Assembly (NCBI GenBank): GCA_030704615.1
Contig: CM060732.1
Coordinates: forward strand, 73,966,001-74,030,000
Direction of reading: 5' to 3'
Origin: Takakia lepidozioides
Lineage: Eukaryota > Plantae > Bryophyta
DNA length: 64,000 nt
Notes under the pieces: model-generated
What the model saw: the letters and a program-made list of their open reading frames with translations, nothing else
Told to the model about the DNA's origin: nothing
Database searches by the model: none
Program-made: the position numbers and the translations under genes
Shown here: piece after piece, positions 27,736 through 40,700 of the stretch
How the letters are laid out: each line of letters opens with the position of its first letter
Numbering within the stretch: position 1 is the stretch's first letter

Positions 27736-28032
27736 CATTCTATTATTAGCTGGCTCTCGGTGGTGTGCTGCTGGTAAGCTTGTAGCTGTAGGCCTTCGTC
27801 GCCGAAGAGGAAGCTGAATGCCCCGTGATCATTGTGAGAATACGTTCCATGTTACTCGGTAGCAACATAAATACAAACTCTGTGAAGACTGAAGACGTCA
27901 CGACGCACGACGACTCTTGTGCAATTGAGTTGATTAGCCATTACTCACACTTGTCGCACATCGAGTGGTTTAGATCGAGGCCAAATGACGTATTTATCTG
28001 CATGGAAGATGATAGACCGCGTAGTGTTAAAG

Positions 28033-28052
28033 CCCTAAACCCTAAACCCTAA
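28033..28052. repeat. Short telomeric repeat / telo-box upstream of the SKA3-like CDS
   Basis: CCCTAAACCCTAAACCCTAA. Confidence 0.8.
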
Positions 28053-28513
28053 GGGCATTTGGTTCGTGGCATTTCTTTGCATTGATATCTGGCTTTGAAT
28101 TTCCAGCTTTGCAATAAGCGCGGGGATGACGAGAAGCTGGAGACTACAGCATCTAGGTCTAGGTTTCTGATGAGTCGGACGTGTAGAGGTTGCGTTGACA
28201 GCAGTTTTATATGTATCCGTAGCACTAATATCTGCCACATGGATGCGTGAATCTGACAGTCTTCTGGTGGTCCATTTGAAGCCTCAAAGAGTGCATTTAA
28301 ACCAGCTATCTCTCTCTATCTCTCTCTCAGCTGTGGATGTGTGAGTTTCTATTGCTCCCGTTTCCTCTATGTCTCTATCTTCAATTTATTTTCTGCGAGG
28401 AAAAGGTGGCGTCCCGCATGGAACTGTATGATTTTGCTCAATCTGTCCTCACCCTCAGTGTGTAGGCGCACAAATTGGAATGTCAGTGTGAGGCCTATCC
28501 ATACGACTGAGTG

Positions 28514-31500
28514 ATGGCATCAGAGAGGAAAGCTGCCACCAATGCAGCCGTCATGGCAGCCACGTGGTGCAGTGGTCTAAAGCAATTTTGTACTCGCCTT
28601 AACTCCAGTTGCGCCAACCTGCGCTCCTCTGTAGCACAACGGAATCACATCACTTCTCCAGGTGCGATTCTTTTTCGCTGCTCGAAAACACCCAGTCCTG
28701 ACCACACTCTTCATCTTTCTTGACCAGCTCTGTGACAGACTGGTGGAACATCACTGGATGTGGGGGTCACTTGTACAATTACAGTTTTTTGGCAAATTTT
28801 TAATGTGCTATTAATCTTTTTGCGGTGCTTCTGGGTAAAGTGAAGACGGGCTACTCAATCAACGTTCAGAAGACTGTGGCAGATGCCTATCCTCCGCAAA
28901 ACTGTCAAAGGAAAGAGGATTGCAATGGGAAATTTATGTGGACTCATATCACGTTGAACTACAATGTGACGTCTGATGTGAGAGGAACGATGTGCAACTT
29001 TTGGAACTTGAAACTTGGCAAATTAGTTGGTCACCAGTAATGTCCTTAGGGCGGAATGCCAATGACCTGTCAGTCTCCGGATAATATCATGCTTGTAGGG
29101 GTCACTTATTGATTATTCCTATGGCCTATTTGCAGGTGTTGATTTGACTGCTTTTTTGGAAGATCTAAATGAGCAAGTCTCTTCAGCCACAACCGAATTG
29201 GAATCTCTGGAGGCAATGACAACCGACACACACTCTTTTGAAGAGCTTCTAGCACATTGCATGGAGCTGTACAAGCAGAATGAGGTTGGTATTGCTGGAC
29301 TCGAGATCCAACTGAAGCAGTATGGGTATTCACCAGGTACACAATTTACTATCCAGAAAAACAGTCCCCTAATGCTCTTAAGAACTCTTCCACTTGAAGG
29401 TTGTGCTTTGTCCCAGTGTGTCAAAACGACTCCAACAGTCCTGATTGGCAATTGATCTCTTTCCAGGAGAGTCTGAAGGTCCCAAACTGAAAGCGGAGAT
29501 GCTGGAGAAGGAGTTCAAATGGCAGTTAGGAGGGACAACTTCACCAGATCCAGGTTGTTTATCTTCAACGCCTGCTGTAAACTCACCACTGAGTGGAGTG
29601 TCCGCATCAACAATGTCCACCCCCTCCCCTTTTGTGATTTCCAGCAACTTGAACATCCAAGAGGCCTCTGACTCCATCCCCTCGTATCCTTTCAGTTAGA
29701 AGTTTCAACTAGCTTTCATCAGTGCATGTAGAGTACTTGTTTTGCAGAACAAGATGAAACCTTAAGTCCTGAGGGATGTTAATACTAGAGGGACCTTGAC
29801 ATCCACAGAACTTGATATGCGGAGGATAATGGAGATTGTGGGTAAGATGTGGATACTACTGGACTGAAAAGGAGAAATTGTGGTTAGTTGGTATCATTGG
29901 TTTACTGGAAAGCATATGGAGATGACTATAGTGCATTCTGCATGTCATGCGCATGCGCTTAGCTGCATGGTCAGGTAGGAGTTAACCCTTGCACTGCAAA
30001 TTCTGTAGGTGAGATTCTTTAACATGGTGCCAGGTTGCCAGACTCCCTAAGTCTCCAAGATTTTCAAGAATTTGGAATATCCGCCAGAACACTCACAGCA
30101 TTAGCCACCCAAGGTTGTCGCCAATCTCATCCATGATGTTCTCAATACTGCTTGGCCAAAGAACTCTGTTGTCTCTTGAGGGAAATACCTGAATCATAGA
30201 GTTTTTGTATACTAAGATCTTACCACCAGTTATTTGGCGTGTCTTGCTGAGTTAGCTCAGTTAGCTCGGGGCGTTGACCTTATTGGAGGTCCTCATGTCA
30301 TGTTAGTCTTCTGGTCTAGAGCAATGGAGGCCACTCCTCCCCAGCTTCTTTTGTACTTCTCTTCTTGCTGGAATTCTTTGTAACAGTCCTCATTGGAGAG
30401 TTGTGTCGCTGTTATCTAATTTTGCACCCTCTGCAGGCTGCAAGCTAGAAACATGGTTGGTCTTCAACCATTAGGGTAATGGTTCCAAAATGTCATTCTA
30501 CTTGAGCACCGGAACTTGTCAATAAGTTGGATTTGGAGCTGTAAGCCAGAGGACCCAATTCACACATTAACTATCCTATTTTCAATGTTCAGATACACCT
30601 TGCAAAGAGGACCTCTCTTCCATGCCACTCCAGCAGAAGCTCTTTGAGGAGACAAGTACAAGAGATGATGCAAGCGATGTAATGAGGTACCGCATCATTC
30701 TACAAACATGAATTTGAAGAATCTCTGGAATGTGTAAAGCATGTGTTTATTCTGGTCACTGCATTTAGTGTCAACTGAATGCAGAACCTGGTGGGCTGGA
30801 GGTTCTCCAGCATTGCTCTTATATTTGAACAACTGTTGGGGAACTCATAGGTGCAGGAGTTTATGGTTGGAGTTAATTGCTCCCCTCTCAGTTCTTTGTT
30901 GCATGTAGAATCCTTAACTCGCAACTCTAGGCTAGGTTTTTGAATGTGTATATTGTGGATCAGCATCGTGAGGGCTGTTCAGTGCTGACGGTAGAGGTGA
31001 GCTGCAGGGACTATAACTGGAACCAGAGTTACAACCCTATGTTGGTTCTTCATGAGAATCAGAAGAACACTCAAGCCACAGCCAGCACTCCACAGGTGAT
31101 GGTTGAGTCTGTTGAATGTGAGATTGAGCAGTGCGCACCAGCCATGACCGGCATTCCACGAGCCATGGTTGAAACAAGTGAAGGTTTAGTCATACCCTCA
31201 CATCTGCAAAACATAACTTTTTGCAAAATTCCTATTTTCTTGTCCCTCTACAGAGACAGCCTGCTTACAATGTCATGAGAACAACTATGGGATTCAGACA
31301 CAACTGGTTCTGTCCTTGAGAGGGATGGTTCTTTCTTCTCATTTCAAAATTGAACACATCTCACGTGGTACTGCAGGGAGCAAAGATACTGGTGCTTTTG
31401 CTTTGGTAGGGCCCATTGGTGTTGAAGAATTCGAAAAGACTCCTTCTTATCTTAAACACCAAGTTTCCTTGCAGGTATCCAGGCTACCAGGAATTTGTTG

Positions 31501-32516
31501 CCTACTCCTGTCTTCGGTGTATGTAGTCTAACTAAATGCAGTCCTTATTTCTTCCTGGTTTGAAGTTGTCCGCTAGTTCAACCTGCAGCTGGGGAGGGTA
31601 TAGGTAAAATTTGCTCGAGACCTTATTCATCCTTGTCTCTCTCATGCAGGAGCTAAATGCTGCAGTTGCCAAGATTAATGAATTGATGATGGCTAAGCAC
31701 AATCGAAGGCTGGAAGGGCCTGATGAGCTTGACCGAACTATGCTTGAGCAAGAAGATGTGAGACTCCTCAGCTTAGGTGCGGATCAGACCTGACCTTTCC
31801 AGATAGTGTCATCCGCTTTGTGTGGTGTCTGTGGTATACTGGTTTGTGTTTGGCGGCAGCCTCAGATAGGAGATCGCCTTGTGGTAGTTGAGGTGTTTAT
31901 TGATGGGTTCTGTAGGCTCTACTGAAATGCTTGTTCGCCACATGTCAATGTGTGCATAATTTACCCATGTGACCAGAGCTGTACTAGTCTGGTGACAGGC
32001 AAGCTTTCTGAAAAGCATTCAGTTCTAAGCAACTATTGTAGCTAGAAAAGTAAAACAGGACACTCTTGTAGTACTCCACAAACTAGCTGCACCTGCATGC
32101 CGTGCATGCCAAACCCCTAAAAGTCACACAAGACTGGTTAGTGCTCACTCTATGCGTCATATTTTTCTCATGCCAAACCCCTAAAAGTCACAAAACACTG
32201 GTGAGTGCTCACTCTATGCTTCATATTGTTCTCTGCCACCACAATGTTGTTTGGGTGTATCTAACGAGTCACATTAGGGGTAGGCCTTTGTAAGTTTATC
32301 CGCCAACCCTGAAGATTGTAGTCTTCACAGGAGAAGCCTCTACTTTCTTTTGTGATTTGTGAGAGGATTGGAGCAATTATGTTTCTCGTGCACCAATGCT
32401 TGTGGTGCAATGCAGGACTGAAGGAAAAAGCAACCATACTTCTACTGCTGAAGTTGAACAGGCTGGTCACAAAAAAGTCTAAGGGTGCCACAAATTACCG
32501 CATCTGCGCTCTGTAG
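28514..32516 (+). CDS. SKA3: Spindle and kinetochore-associated protein 3-like (At5g06590-like), spliced
   Basis: LKQFCTRLNSSCANLRSSV | FLEDLNEQVSSATTELESLEAMTTDTHSFEELLAHCMELYKQN...QYGYSP | SLQDFQEFGISARTLTALA | FEKTPSYLKHQVSLQ | ELNAAVAKIN | LKEKATILLLLKLNRLV...YRICAL-stop. This matches the N- and C-terminal conserved blocks of plant SKA3 as I recall them. Confidence 0.82.
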
Positions 32517-33754
32517 ACTGGGAAGATATTCAAACACCCAGCAGTATTCCCAGCTTGCAAGTTTCTTCAAAGAAGTCTCTTGGGCGGATAAGACGAACTC
32601 TTTTGGCTCTGTCAGGCTTCAGACAGTGGATATGCAGTTAACCACTTCAGTATATGAGAGATGTAATCTAGACATACCACCTCCCTCAACTCATGCTTAC
32701 ATGAGCCTGAAACTTTTTCTCAGTGGGATGGGGATAGAGCGCCAGAAGTAGTTAGTGCGCCAGACCATGAGGAGTGCTGCCTTGGCTTTTATTTGCCAAC
32801 CTGATTCCTCGATTTTCAGCTGTCTGCTTCCTCCACGCATTCCCTCCCCAGGATAATAGTTAGGTACAGCTGACAAAACATGAGTGGCGAGTGGAGTAAC
32901 TTAAGTTAAACAACTTCATTTGCAACAAACCTGTGTGGCTGCCCTCTCAAATAGGTAAACCACAATCCAATGCTGATTGATTAAAACATTATGTTGCCTT
33001 CAGAACGTTTAAGTTTTAACACGTCCTTTCGATTTGGTAAAGGCAAGATAGCATTATTTGGATGTACCCCCAATTATGTCCTAGGAATCATAGGAACCAC
33101 AGTGTCGATAGATGTTACTATTTTAATATGAAGAAGCATTAAAACTGAATGAAGTGCTGTTTAGATAAATAATCAGTCCACAGCTCGGCCACCCAGTTGC
33201 TACTGTTGCTACTGTTGGGTATGGTATAATCGAGTGTCGTCACTCACATCCCTAATCCTCAATGAACGTAAGATTGAAGGCCAGCTAGCCATGGTATGAC
33301 AAGTTATGGTGCGGATAGAGCCCATCCCTGAAAGGGGGAGGTTAGGTAGCGTGCTTGTGAAGCCTTAAAACGAGCGTGAGGAATAATTGCCTATTCTCAC
33401 AGGGTCTCAATCACTTTGACTGGAAAGGCATGCAAGCACCCCAGAGGAGGATGTCCTGACAACAACAGATGATATGCCTGACACGTCAAGAGCTCTCACA
33501 CCTTCACACGAACACCAGAGTACACAAGCTGTTTAACCTCATGTCAGGCTGCCGTGTTATACTAAAACCCTAGAAGCCTGCTAGCTACCGCGTGGCGAGG
33601 CGCTAGAGGCCAGCCAAGCAACGCCTCTTCTAAGCCATAGATAAGATGGACGGTCAAGATCATGTCATCTAGCTAACTAACCCTTAAACTAACCATGATT
33701 GTAACGGTTTTAACGGTACTTAGGCAAAAAATTACTGCCATGAAGATCATGACA

Positions 33755-34060
33755 TCACCCCACTCTGCGTCCCTCCACATTGATGCATGTAAGATCAAAC
33801 ACCACTTCTGAATGCACCAGACCGTCGATCTTGAGCTTAGATTTGCATGCATGCGTACCATGCTGCAACCGAATGCACACAGTCTGACCCACCTGAAATA
33901 TGTTAGAATACTTGACACATTTGTTAAAATTGCGGGCTTGGGTTAGCTGGGCCTTACCAATATTTACCTTAGCATCGTGGATAGACACCGCATGCCGAGC
34001 ATGAAGATCCTCAACAAAGGTCTTAAGATCAATTGGATCAAGATCAGCAACAAGTACAGA
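33755..34060 (-). pseudogene. Ty3/Gypsy integrase C-terminal remnant
   Basis: FVEDLHARH...AKVNIGKAQLTQARNFNK...FQVGQTVCIR is the typical post-core integrase region. Confidence 0.65.
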
Positions 34061-34259
34061 TAAGGGGAGTAGAATGCAAAGGAGAAACACACTTGCAACC
34101 ATACAACAACTCAAAAGGAGTCTTCTTCGTGCTAGCATGCACGGCGATGCGATAATAAATGTGAAAGATGTCGTGCTAACATTGCTCTCCCTAGGGCCCG
34201 GATCTCGTATGAGCTGCAGCCTTTGCCTATTACTCTGCTTTTGCTTGTGTTGGCATCGA

Positions 34260-34710
34260 CTTGGTAGGACCCCTCGCACTCACATCAAAGGGTCGAAGCT
34301 ACCTTTGTGTTGCTACCGACTACTTGACTAAGTGGATAGAAGTCCAGCCTTTGCGTACCAAGAATAGTGATGCTATATAGTACATTTTTTCTTCGATGAG
34401 ATCCTAATGTGGCATGGGTGTCCTCAGGATATACTAACAGATCAGGGGAAGTAGTTTTGTAACCAGCTCCTGACGATGGTGTGCTTCAATTTTGGTGTGA
34501 AGCATTCAACCACAGTCCCTTACCATCCCAGACCAACGGCCTTACGGAACGCGTCAACCAAACTTTTTGTATAATGTTGGAGAAGAATGGAGCACTTGTC
34601 AGGGAGTGGGATACCTTTCTTCCCCCTACTAGATGAATTCAATGACGTCCCTGTGAATTCCCAGCCAATAGTAAACTTCTTAGATGCGGCCCACGGTTTT
34701 CGTAATGCCG
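34260..34710 (+). pseudogene. Ty3/Gypsy integrase core remnant
   Basis: YLCVATDYLTKWIEV...HGCPQDILTDQG...YHPQTNGLTERVNQT (DDE core), with stops and frameshifts. Confidence 0.85.
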
Positions 34711-36117
34711 AGGTGACCTGCATACAATGAACAATGGAAACGCTCTAATAAAGTATTCAGCTGGCTCCGTGGTGGCATCTCTAAATAGCACGACACACCC
34801 CTCGAGTGATTTCCTTGAACAACTTGTCACCCATGTAGCGGAAAGAAGACACATGATAAAGGATTTGTTTATGCAAAGACTCGAAAATGCCAGCTGGCGA
34901 ACGCCCAGATTGGCAACGCTGGAGTAGCGCAGCATGTAGCTGATCATCCATGACTGCACTACACAAAAGAGGTAGACAATGGGCTTTAGACAAGGTGGTC
35001 TGAAATGCCTGCAATTATTATCTCCAGCCAGGTCATGAACAGCCAAATCAGGCCTTGAAATTCAAGCCAATAGTCATACCGGAGTGCAGCAACGAATAAC
35101 AACAAGCTTAGGAGCCAAGGAAGGAGAAGAATTTGGAACATGATAAAGAGTTAGAGGGTAGATGCAGACTACACTAGCTCAGTTTGGACTATAATTTGCA
35201 ATTTTCGATTGACTGCTTGTCATATTATTCTTCACCCTATACACATAAGTATACATTCATAGCAAATGGACTTAGAATGGGTTAGCCACTTACCATATGT
35301 ATATGTGGGTACAATTATTTTGGAATTTGGATGAAATCTCATGAAGCTATGGACTTTTGTAGGGAATTCCAATGGACTGTCACAGTCCGTCTAATGTCCC
35401 AAATGCCATATGAAAAACCTATTTGTGCAAAACCAACTCATATATGGACTTTATAACTAGATACACAATGTTTGAATAGACACAAATATAAAATTGTGAA
35501 CAATTCCATCCATCCATCAAGACAATATGGACTTTTTTGTACCCAAAAAACCCCCAAAATGACGATTTATCCATAGCATTTTGAAAAACTCATATTTGGG
35601 TGGAGATCTTTGCTAAGAATATATATATTGTTATTGTCTTTAGGAGCTTATTGTTATATGGACAAATTTCATAAACTACAAGATAATAATAAATAGCTAT
35701 TAATTTTTAATAAAAAAATTAAGAAAACAATTATAATAAAAAACAATCTCAAATATTTGGTATGAGACCATTTACTAAATATGATTATTATACCATTGCC
35801 TATGAAGATAAAAATATATTTAAACAAATATCTTTAAATATAAATTTAATTAATTTTTTCTCATGGACTTTCAGTGGAGGGCACATTTGCCGCTTTTGAG
35901 CCAATGTAGTCTACACTTACCTGCAACCAAACTATCCTACAAGCATTTAAACAATAGATCCACCCTACACACTAACACACAAGGAATTGAACCAGGATCA
36001 TCATGAAGACTAGACCAGCCCCATGCAGCAAGGCTGCCTCATGAATCAAAAACCAAGGGCTACTGATATCCACAAAGGAGATTGAGAACAGGAGGTGCAT
36101 CCAGGGGACGATCTGCA

Positions 36118-36300
36118 TCAGCAGTAGCAAAGGTCATCCAAGGTGAGGAAAGACCTACTAACAGGAGGATCAACACGTGTTAGTGCATCAACATTGGTGT
36201 TTTCCTTGCCCTTTTTGTAAACAATGTCCATGTTGAACTCCTGTAAATACATGGTCCACCTAGCAAGTCTAGTATCTGAGCAATCGCATAGAGGCGTGAG
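36118..36300 (-). pseudogene. Ty3/Gypsy RNase H C-terminal remnant
   Basis: RLARWTMYLQEFNMDIVYKKGKENTNVDALTR. Confidence 0.85.
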
Positions 36301-36503
36301 CATGTGAAGGCCCGTTCTCTCCTCATCTAGCATTTGTCTTATTCATCCAAAACGGCGATACTTATTCATAGTATAATTTTCTTACCTAAGTACCGTTAAA
36401 ACTGTTACAATCATGGTTAGTTTAGGGTTAGTTAGCTAGATGGCATGATCTTGACCATCCATCTCATGGATCTCTCTTTTGGTTGTAGCAGTGCTTCATA
36501 AGG

Positions 36504-37732
36504 ATGGCGGGCCGCCACCTTGCTGCATATTTGCTTGTCCCTGCGTTTTATCTTTGCTTGTTTGCTAACCTTGCCCACGCTCTTGTTTACGCTCTGTGTT
36601 ATGGCGTCTCCTGCGTCGGTGTCTCATTACTCGTGAAGGAGAGAACTTGCAGATTCAAGTTGAAATTGTGCTTAAGATTGACACTGAGCTTGCTCACCCT
36701 GTTTCTAGCGCGCCACCTGGCATTCTTGCCTTGCCGGCGTCTCCCTTGCATGAACCTAATGTTGTTCATTCAAGTCATGTTGTTCGTTTGCATTCCCCTG
36801 TCACTGACAATTATGAAGAAGAGGCTTGTCGCCGAGTCATGCTAGGTCGCCGAGCTCCTTAGATAGCTGTGACCCCGAGTATGACAACTTTGATAACTTT
36901 ATTGACCCAAGGCCTGAATACTTTGAGGCTAGAAGAGCAGAGAGAGATGTTGACAGAGAGATTGAGCTCTCTCAAGAGTTTGATGAATTGTTGTGTGAAG
37001 TGAGTGACCACGATCGTTTTTGGTCTGGATGCGTGGAGAAAGCCATTGAACGGGACGTACGAGAATACGAAAGGTGTCACGAGCTGCTATTGGCTCAGGC
37101 CCTGTCTGACCATACGACCGCTTCTACTCGGGCTACTCGGGATGCGGCTCTTGCCGAGCAAGAACTAGCTTTGCGTGATTCGGCGCATCTTGTGATCAAA
37201 ACTCGTTTCCTCCATCATCGCCGCCTGACTTCGTCCGAGCTCGGTCTTCAGTTCTCCCTTTCTGTTTGTCAAGGTGCGATTCTTTATGAACATGCAAGTT
37301 GTGTGGGAGATGAATGGCTTACATTAATGCTGAGAGGCACTGGGGCCATTATGCTAAGGACGCTGCGATTTGTAACCGTGTGGGCTTGTTCCTACATACT
37401 CTCAAGTATTCAATGGCTTAAGGGGAGATTCCTTGATTGCTCAATCCTCGGATATCATTGTTGAGGGCACTCTGTTCAATCACCAGAGCATGGTGCGCCC
37501 ACGTACTTTTTCTAACTTGGACGATTTTCCCACTCGTACGATTCTCTCACGGAGCTGGTTGGAAGGGGAAACGACAAGAGTCTCATTCTGGGTTAAGACT
37601 GCTGAGGCCTGGGAATGGTTGGCACTCGGGATCTATGAATGTCAGACGCATAAGGTCTTGAAGGTGGTATCGTCCTCAGTCTGGTTTCCCGATTCCACGG
37701 AGCTGCGGCCGCAGCTAATCTCTGCAGCCTGA
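36504..37732 (+). pseudogene. Frameshifted ORF of unknown function, possibly an extra 3' ORF of a Gypsy element
   Basis: Overlapping ORFs 36596-36862, 36826-37464 and 37433-37732 have protein-like composition. They follow the repeat that lies downstream of integrase in the inverted copy. A purine tract AGGGGGAGG occurs near 38212. Confidence 0.4.
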
Positions 37733-40700
37733 GTTTAAATTTTTGACCAGCTTGGTGTCAATGTAAAACTAAATCCCTCTACCTTCATCTATTTCCTAAG
37801 TCTTGCCTCACCATAGAAGACGAGCACCTACCCTGGTTGAGGTCTGGCCGAATCAATATGGGTGATAGGCCAACACCCGAGCCTAATTTTTAAAAAAATG
37901 AAATGCTTGCAAGTGCGGGTGCCAGTGGGGTGGGGCCAGAGAACAATATTCAAGAGGTGAGCCATGACTCGATGGCATCTGTGGCGGATGATTACTCGTT
38001 ACTGCATGATGAGGTTCTTTCTGGTGAGCTTCGATCAGATCGTGAATTGGGGCTATCGGCGGGCGATCGTGAAGAAATTATACCAGCCACTCGACGAAAT
38101 TTTAATGTTGGCATGTATTCTAGTTCTTTAGAGTTACCCATGCAGGTCGATTTGGGGTCTTCCTTATGACGAGCCCTGAGCGCGCACGGTCAGGGTGACA
38201 GCATATTAGCTAGGGGGAGGTCGTGGTAAGTTGCGGTGTAGGTTGGGCTCACTGAAACACCTACTCGACTGCGGTTAGTGCAGAGGGTCCGTGGTCGCAC
38301 ATGATGGTTATAGTCTCTAGCTAAGTCCTACTGGCAAAGAGAAGTTACACACTCATCTTCATAGGGCGAGTTTGCATTTCTAAGTCCTCGGTATTTTACA
38401 ATCTACTCAGTAACTGCCTTATTGTCTAATTTTTACGGCCTAGGCCCCCGAACCGCCTATAGCCGGGATATGTTTTAATTCCTTCACAAGGCACCTGTCG
38501 TGCCTAGGAAGAAGAGGGATAACTTCCTCCCGAGGAACTCCCACGACCCTATCGGATGAATAATTCTCGCTCAGAATTCATCCTTGTCACTGCATTCATT
38601 AGTTTAGAATATGCATGCGTAAATAATAAAATAAACACTGGTGGGTTCAAGCCAGATTTACCTTTTTATATTATTTTAAGGAGCTAGTGCGTTTTCCCTC
38701 CAGGGAAAAAGTCATCCCCTACCTTGGGCTTTGACACAATGGCTCATTGTAGCCGAGTTTTTAGGACATAGTACTTTCGCACCTCCTTTGTCTCACAAGG
38801 TCTCAGCCTCTAGCTCGTAGCTCATAGATCTGCTCGGCTCTCTCTCAGAGTCATAAGAACGCTCCTCTCCAAGGCTACGTCCTCCCAAAATCCTAGATTT
38901 TATCTATCTATGGCGCCTTAGATAAAGGCTCTTAATCCTTAAGGGGGTCTAAATTGAATCTAATAGCTAGAGGTAAGAATACCCACCTTTAAGGGAATTT
39001 GCAGACGCATTGCCCACCAGGTAAAATGCCCCCGCCACATGGCGGGGCGGATCCGTGCTGAGCGGTCCGAACCGTGGACTGCTGCGGTTAAAGCCGGCGA
39101 CCGCCGGTCCGTCTCAGCTTTTGGTTATCCTGCGGGTAAAGACCTGCACCCTGCTCATACGCTTCAGGGCCTCGGGCCTGAACCATGCGGTTGATGTACT
39201 CGATCTCAGTACAACTTAAGGTCAGCGCTGGGGCCCCGCTTCTCGTACGTCGTGGCTGGGCCACGGCTGCCTCCACGCTTTAAGTAATCAAATGTCTATC
39301 TTTTAGGCGCAGCACCCGGGTTCCTCTCGGGCTGCTCGCGACTTTGGGGCAGTTGCTATCAAGCAAATTGAGCCCGCCCAAACCCAAAAATAAATAAAAA
39401 TAACAAACCACCCTCCCTAGGCCTCCACGGCTTGCTTGGGGGGGGGGGGGGGGGGTTTAGTACATAGTGGCCTTATAATGGCCTTATAACATAGATCCAG
39501 CCTGCTGGCCTTCCTTTTCCAGAGCTGGCTATATTCCAAATTCGTAACCGAAAACACAAAGATTCATTCTTCAAACAAATCAAATACAAGCCTCTATTGG
39601 TACTCACTCCAATAGGCTATGGGGTTCTTCCCCTTGTCAATCATAGACATGAAATAATGGGATTCCACAATGCATGCTCCTCTTTTGAGGGCCTAAATCA
39701 GATTTTCAACTTCAAACTTTACTTGGAAAATAAATGAATCACATACATAAATGGTGAAATAGTAAGATGGGATCAACCTTTCAATGCGTGAGTGCTTGGG
39801 ATGTTCTATCGACTCAAGTAATGGTACTCTATGCGGCCTTCACTTGGGCTCTCGTCCATAAGTCCATACCAGCCCCTCCTATTCGTCCACAAGTCATCTT
39901 CCTCCACATGAAATTGCCCTCTTCCTTCACAAATGAAAATGGCTCAAAGGCCCACAAGCTAGGTCTCTTCCCTTAGCTCTCAAAGAATCCTATCTAACTA
40001 GGGAGTTTCAAGCTTCACTCCCTAGGATCTAGCCCCTTCTCAAGCCAAAAAACTAGCAAGCACTACAACAACAAGCAAGAGGAAACCAAGCAAATGAGCT
40101 AGATGAAGAGCAAGAGAAGCCTTGCTCCTTTTTTATATTGTTTTTGAGCCTAATAAACTAATGGAAAATATTCATTAAACTATTGTTTCTTTGGAGGATC
40201 TATAATATAATATTCAACATGGATGTAAAGTCTTAGAGGCCAATGAAAGCTGGCTTTTCATCCCTCCAATTGGATGATAGTTGGCGCGAGTTTTTATTTT
40301 ATCCATCCAGCTCCTCAAGGCGAATTTTAGGATTTTTCATCCATCCAAGAAGTAAAAATTCAAATAATCGGCACTCATGAGTGTCGTCGACTCAATAATT
40401 TCGCGCCGCTGCTCATCTGCTCCATAAATCACCAAACTTGGTGACAAACTACAATTATATACCTCGTATCAGCTTGTAAATTCTCAGGTCCATTGGTGGT
40501 AAAAAGTTGCACCTTTCGCCATTCGTCGTAATTTCGCTATGTAAAGATTTTGTTGTATTTTGGAAATCAAATCCCTGGTGATGGCTTTGGGGTCTTTGAC
40601 CCTGCCACTGAGTCATAGGTTGTCCAGAGGTCACTCGGTCCAACACTTGGGGGTGTCACCCATTCCTACCATGAGTGGAGTGGCTCCCAACCAAGCTGCC

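Larger units (their letters stand above)
33641..36467. repeat. Inverted ~97-bp repeat pair (33641-33737 and 36372-36467)
   Basis: GATGGAYGGTCAAGATCATGYCATCTAGCTAACTAACCC...AACGGTACTTAGG is present on opposite strands with few mismatches. Confidence 0.9.

Noticed and set aside
28167-28200. CTGATGA as a hammerhead ribozyme core
   Set aside because: No stem II followed by GAAA.
29982-29997. TTAACCCTTGCACTGC as a second piggyBac end
   Set aside because: No partner TIR was seen, and it sits in the branch-point region of a SKA3 intron.
34720-35160. Second MULE transposase remnant
   Set aside because: Only a faint resemblance across stops, which is not enough support.
38224-39361. LTR following the purine tract at 38212
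   Set aside because: The TG...CA ends are weak, and there is no second copy, PBS or TSD, so it was not called.
39438-39455. Poly-G run as a functional G-quadruplex or Helitron end
   Set aside because: It is a simple homopolymer with no canonical CTRR terminus and no matching 5' end.
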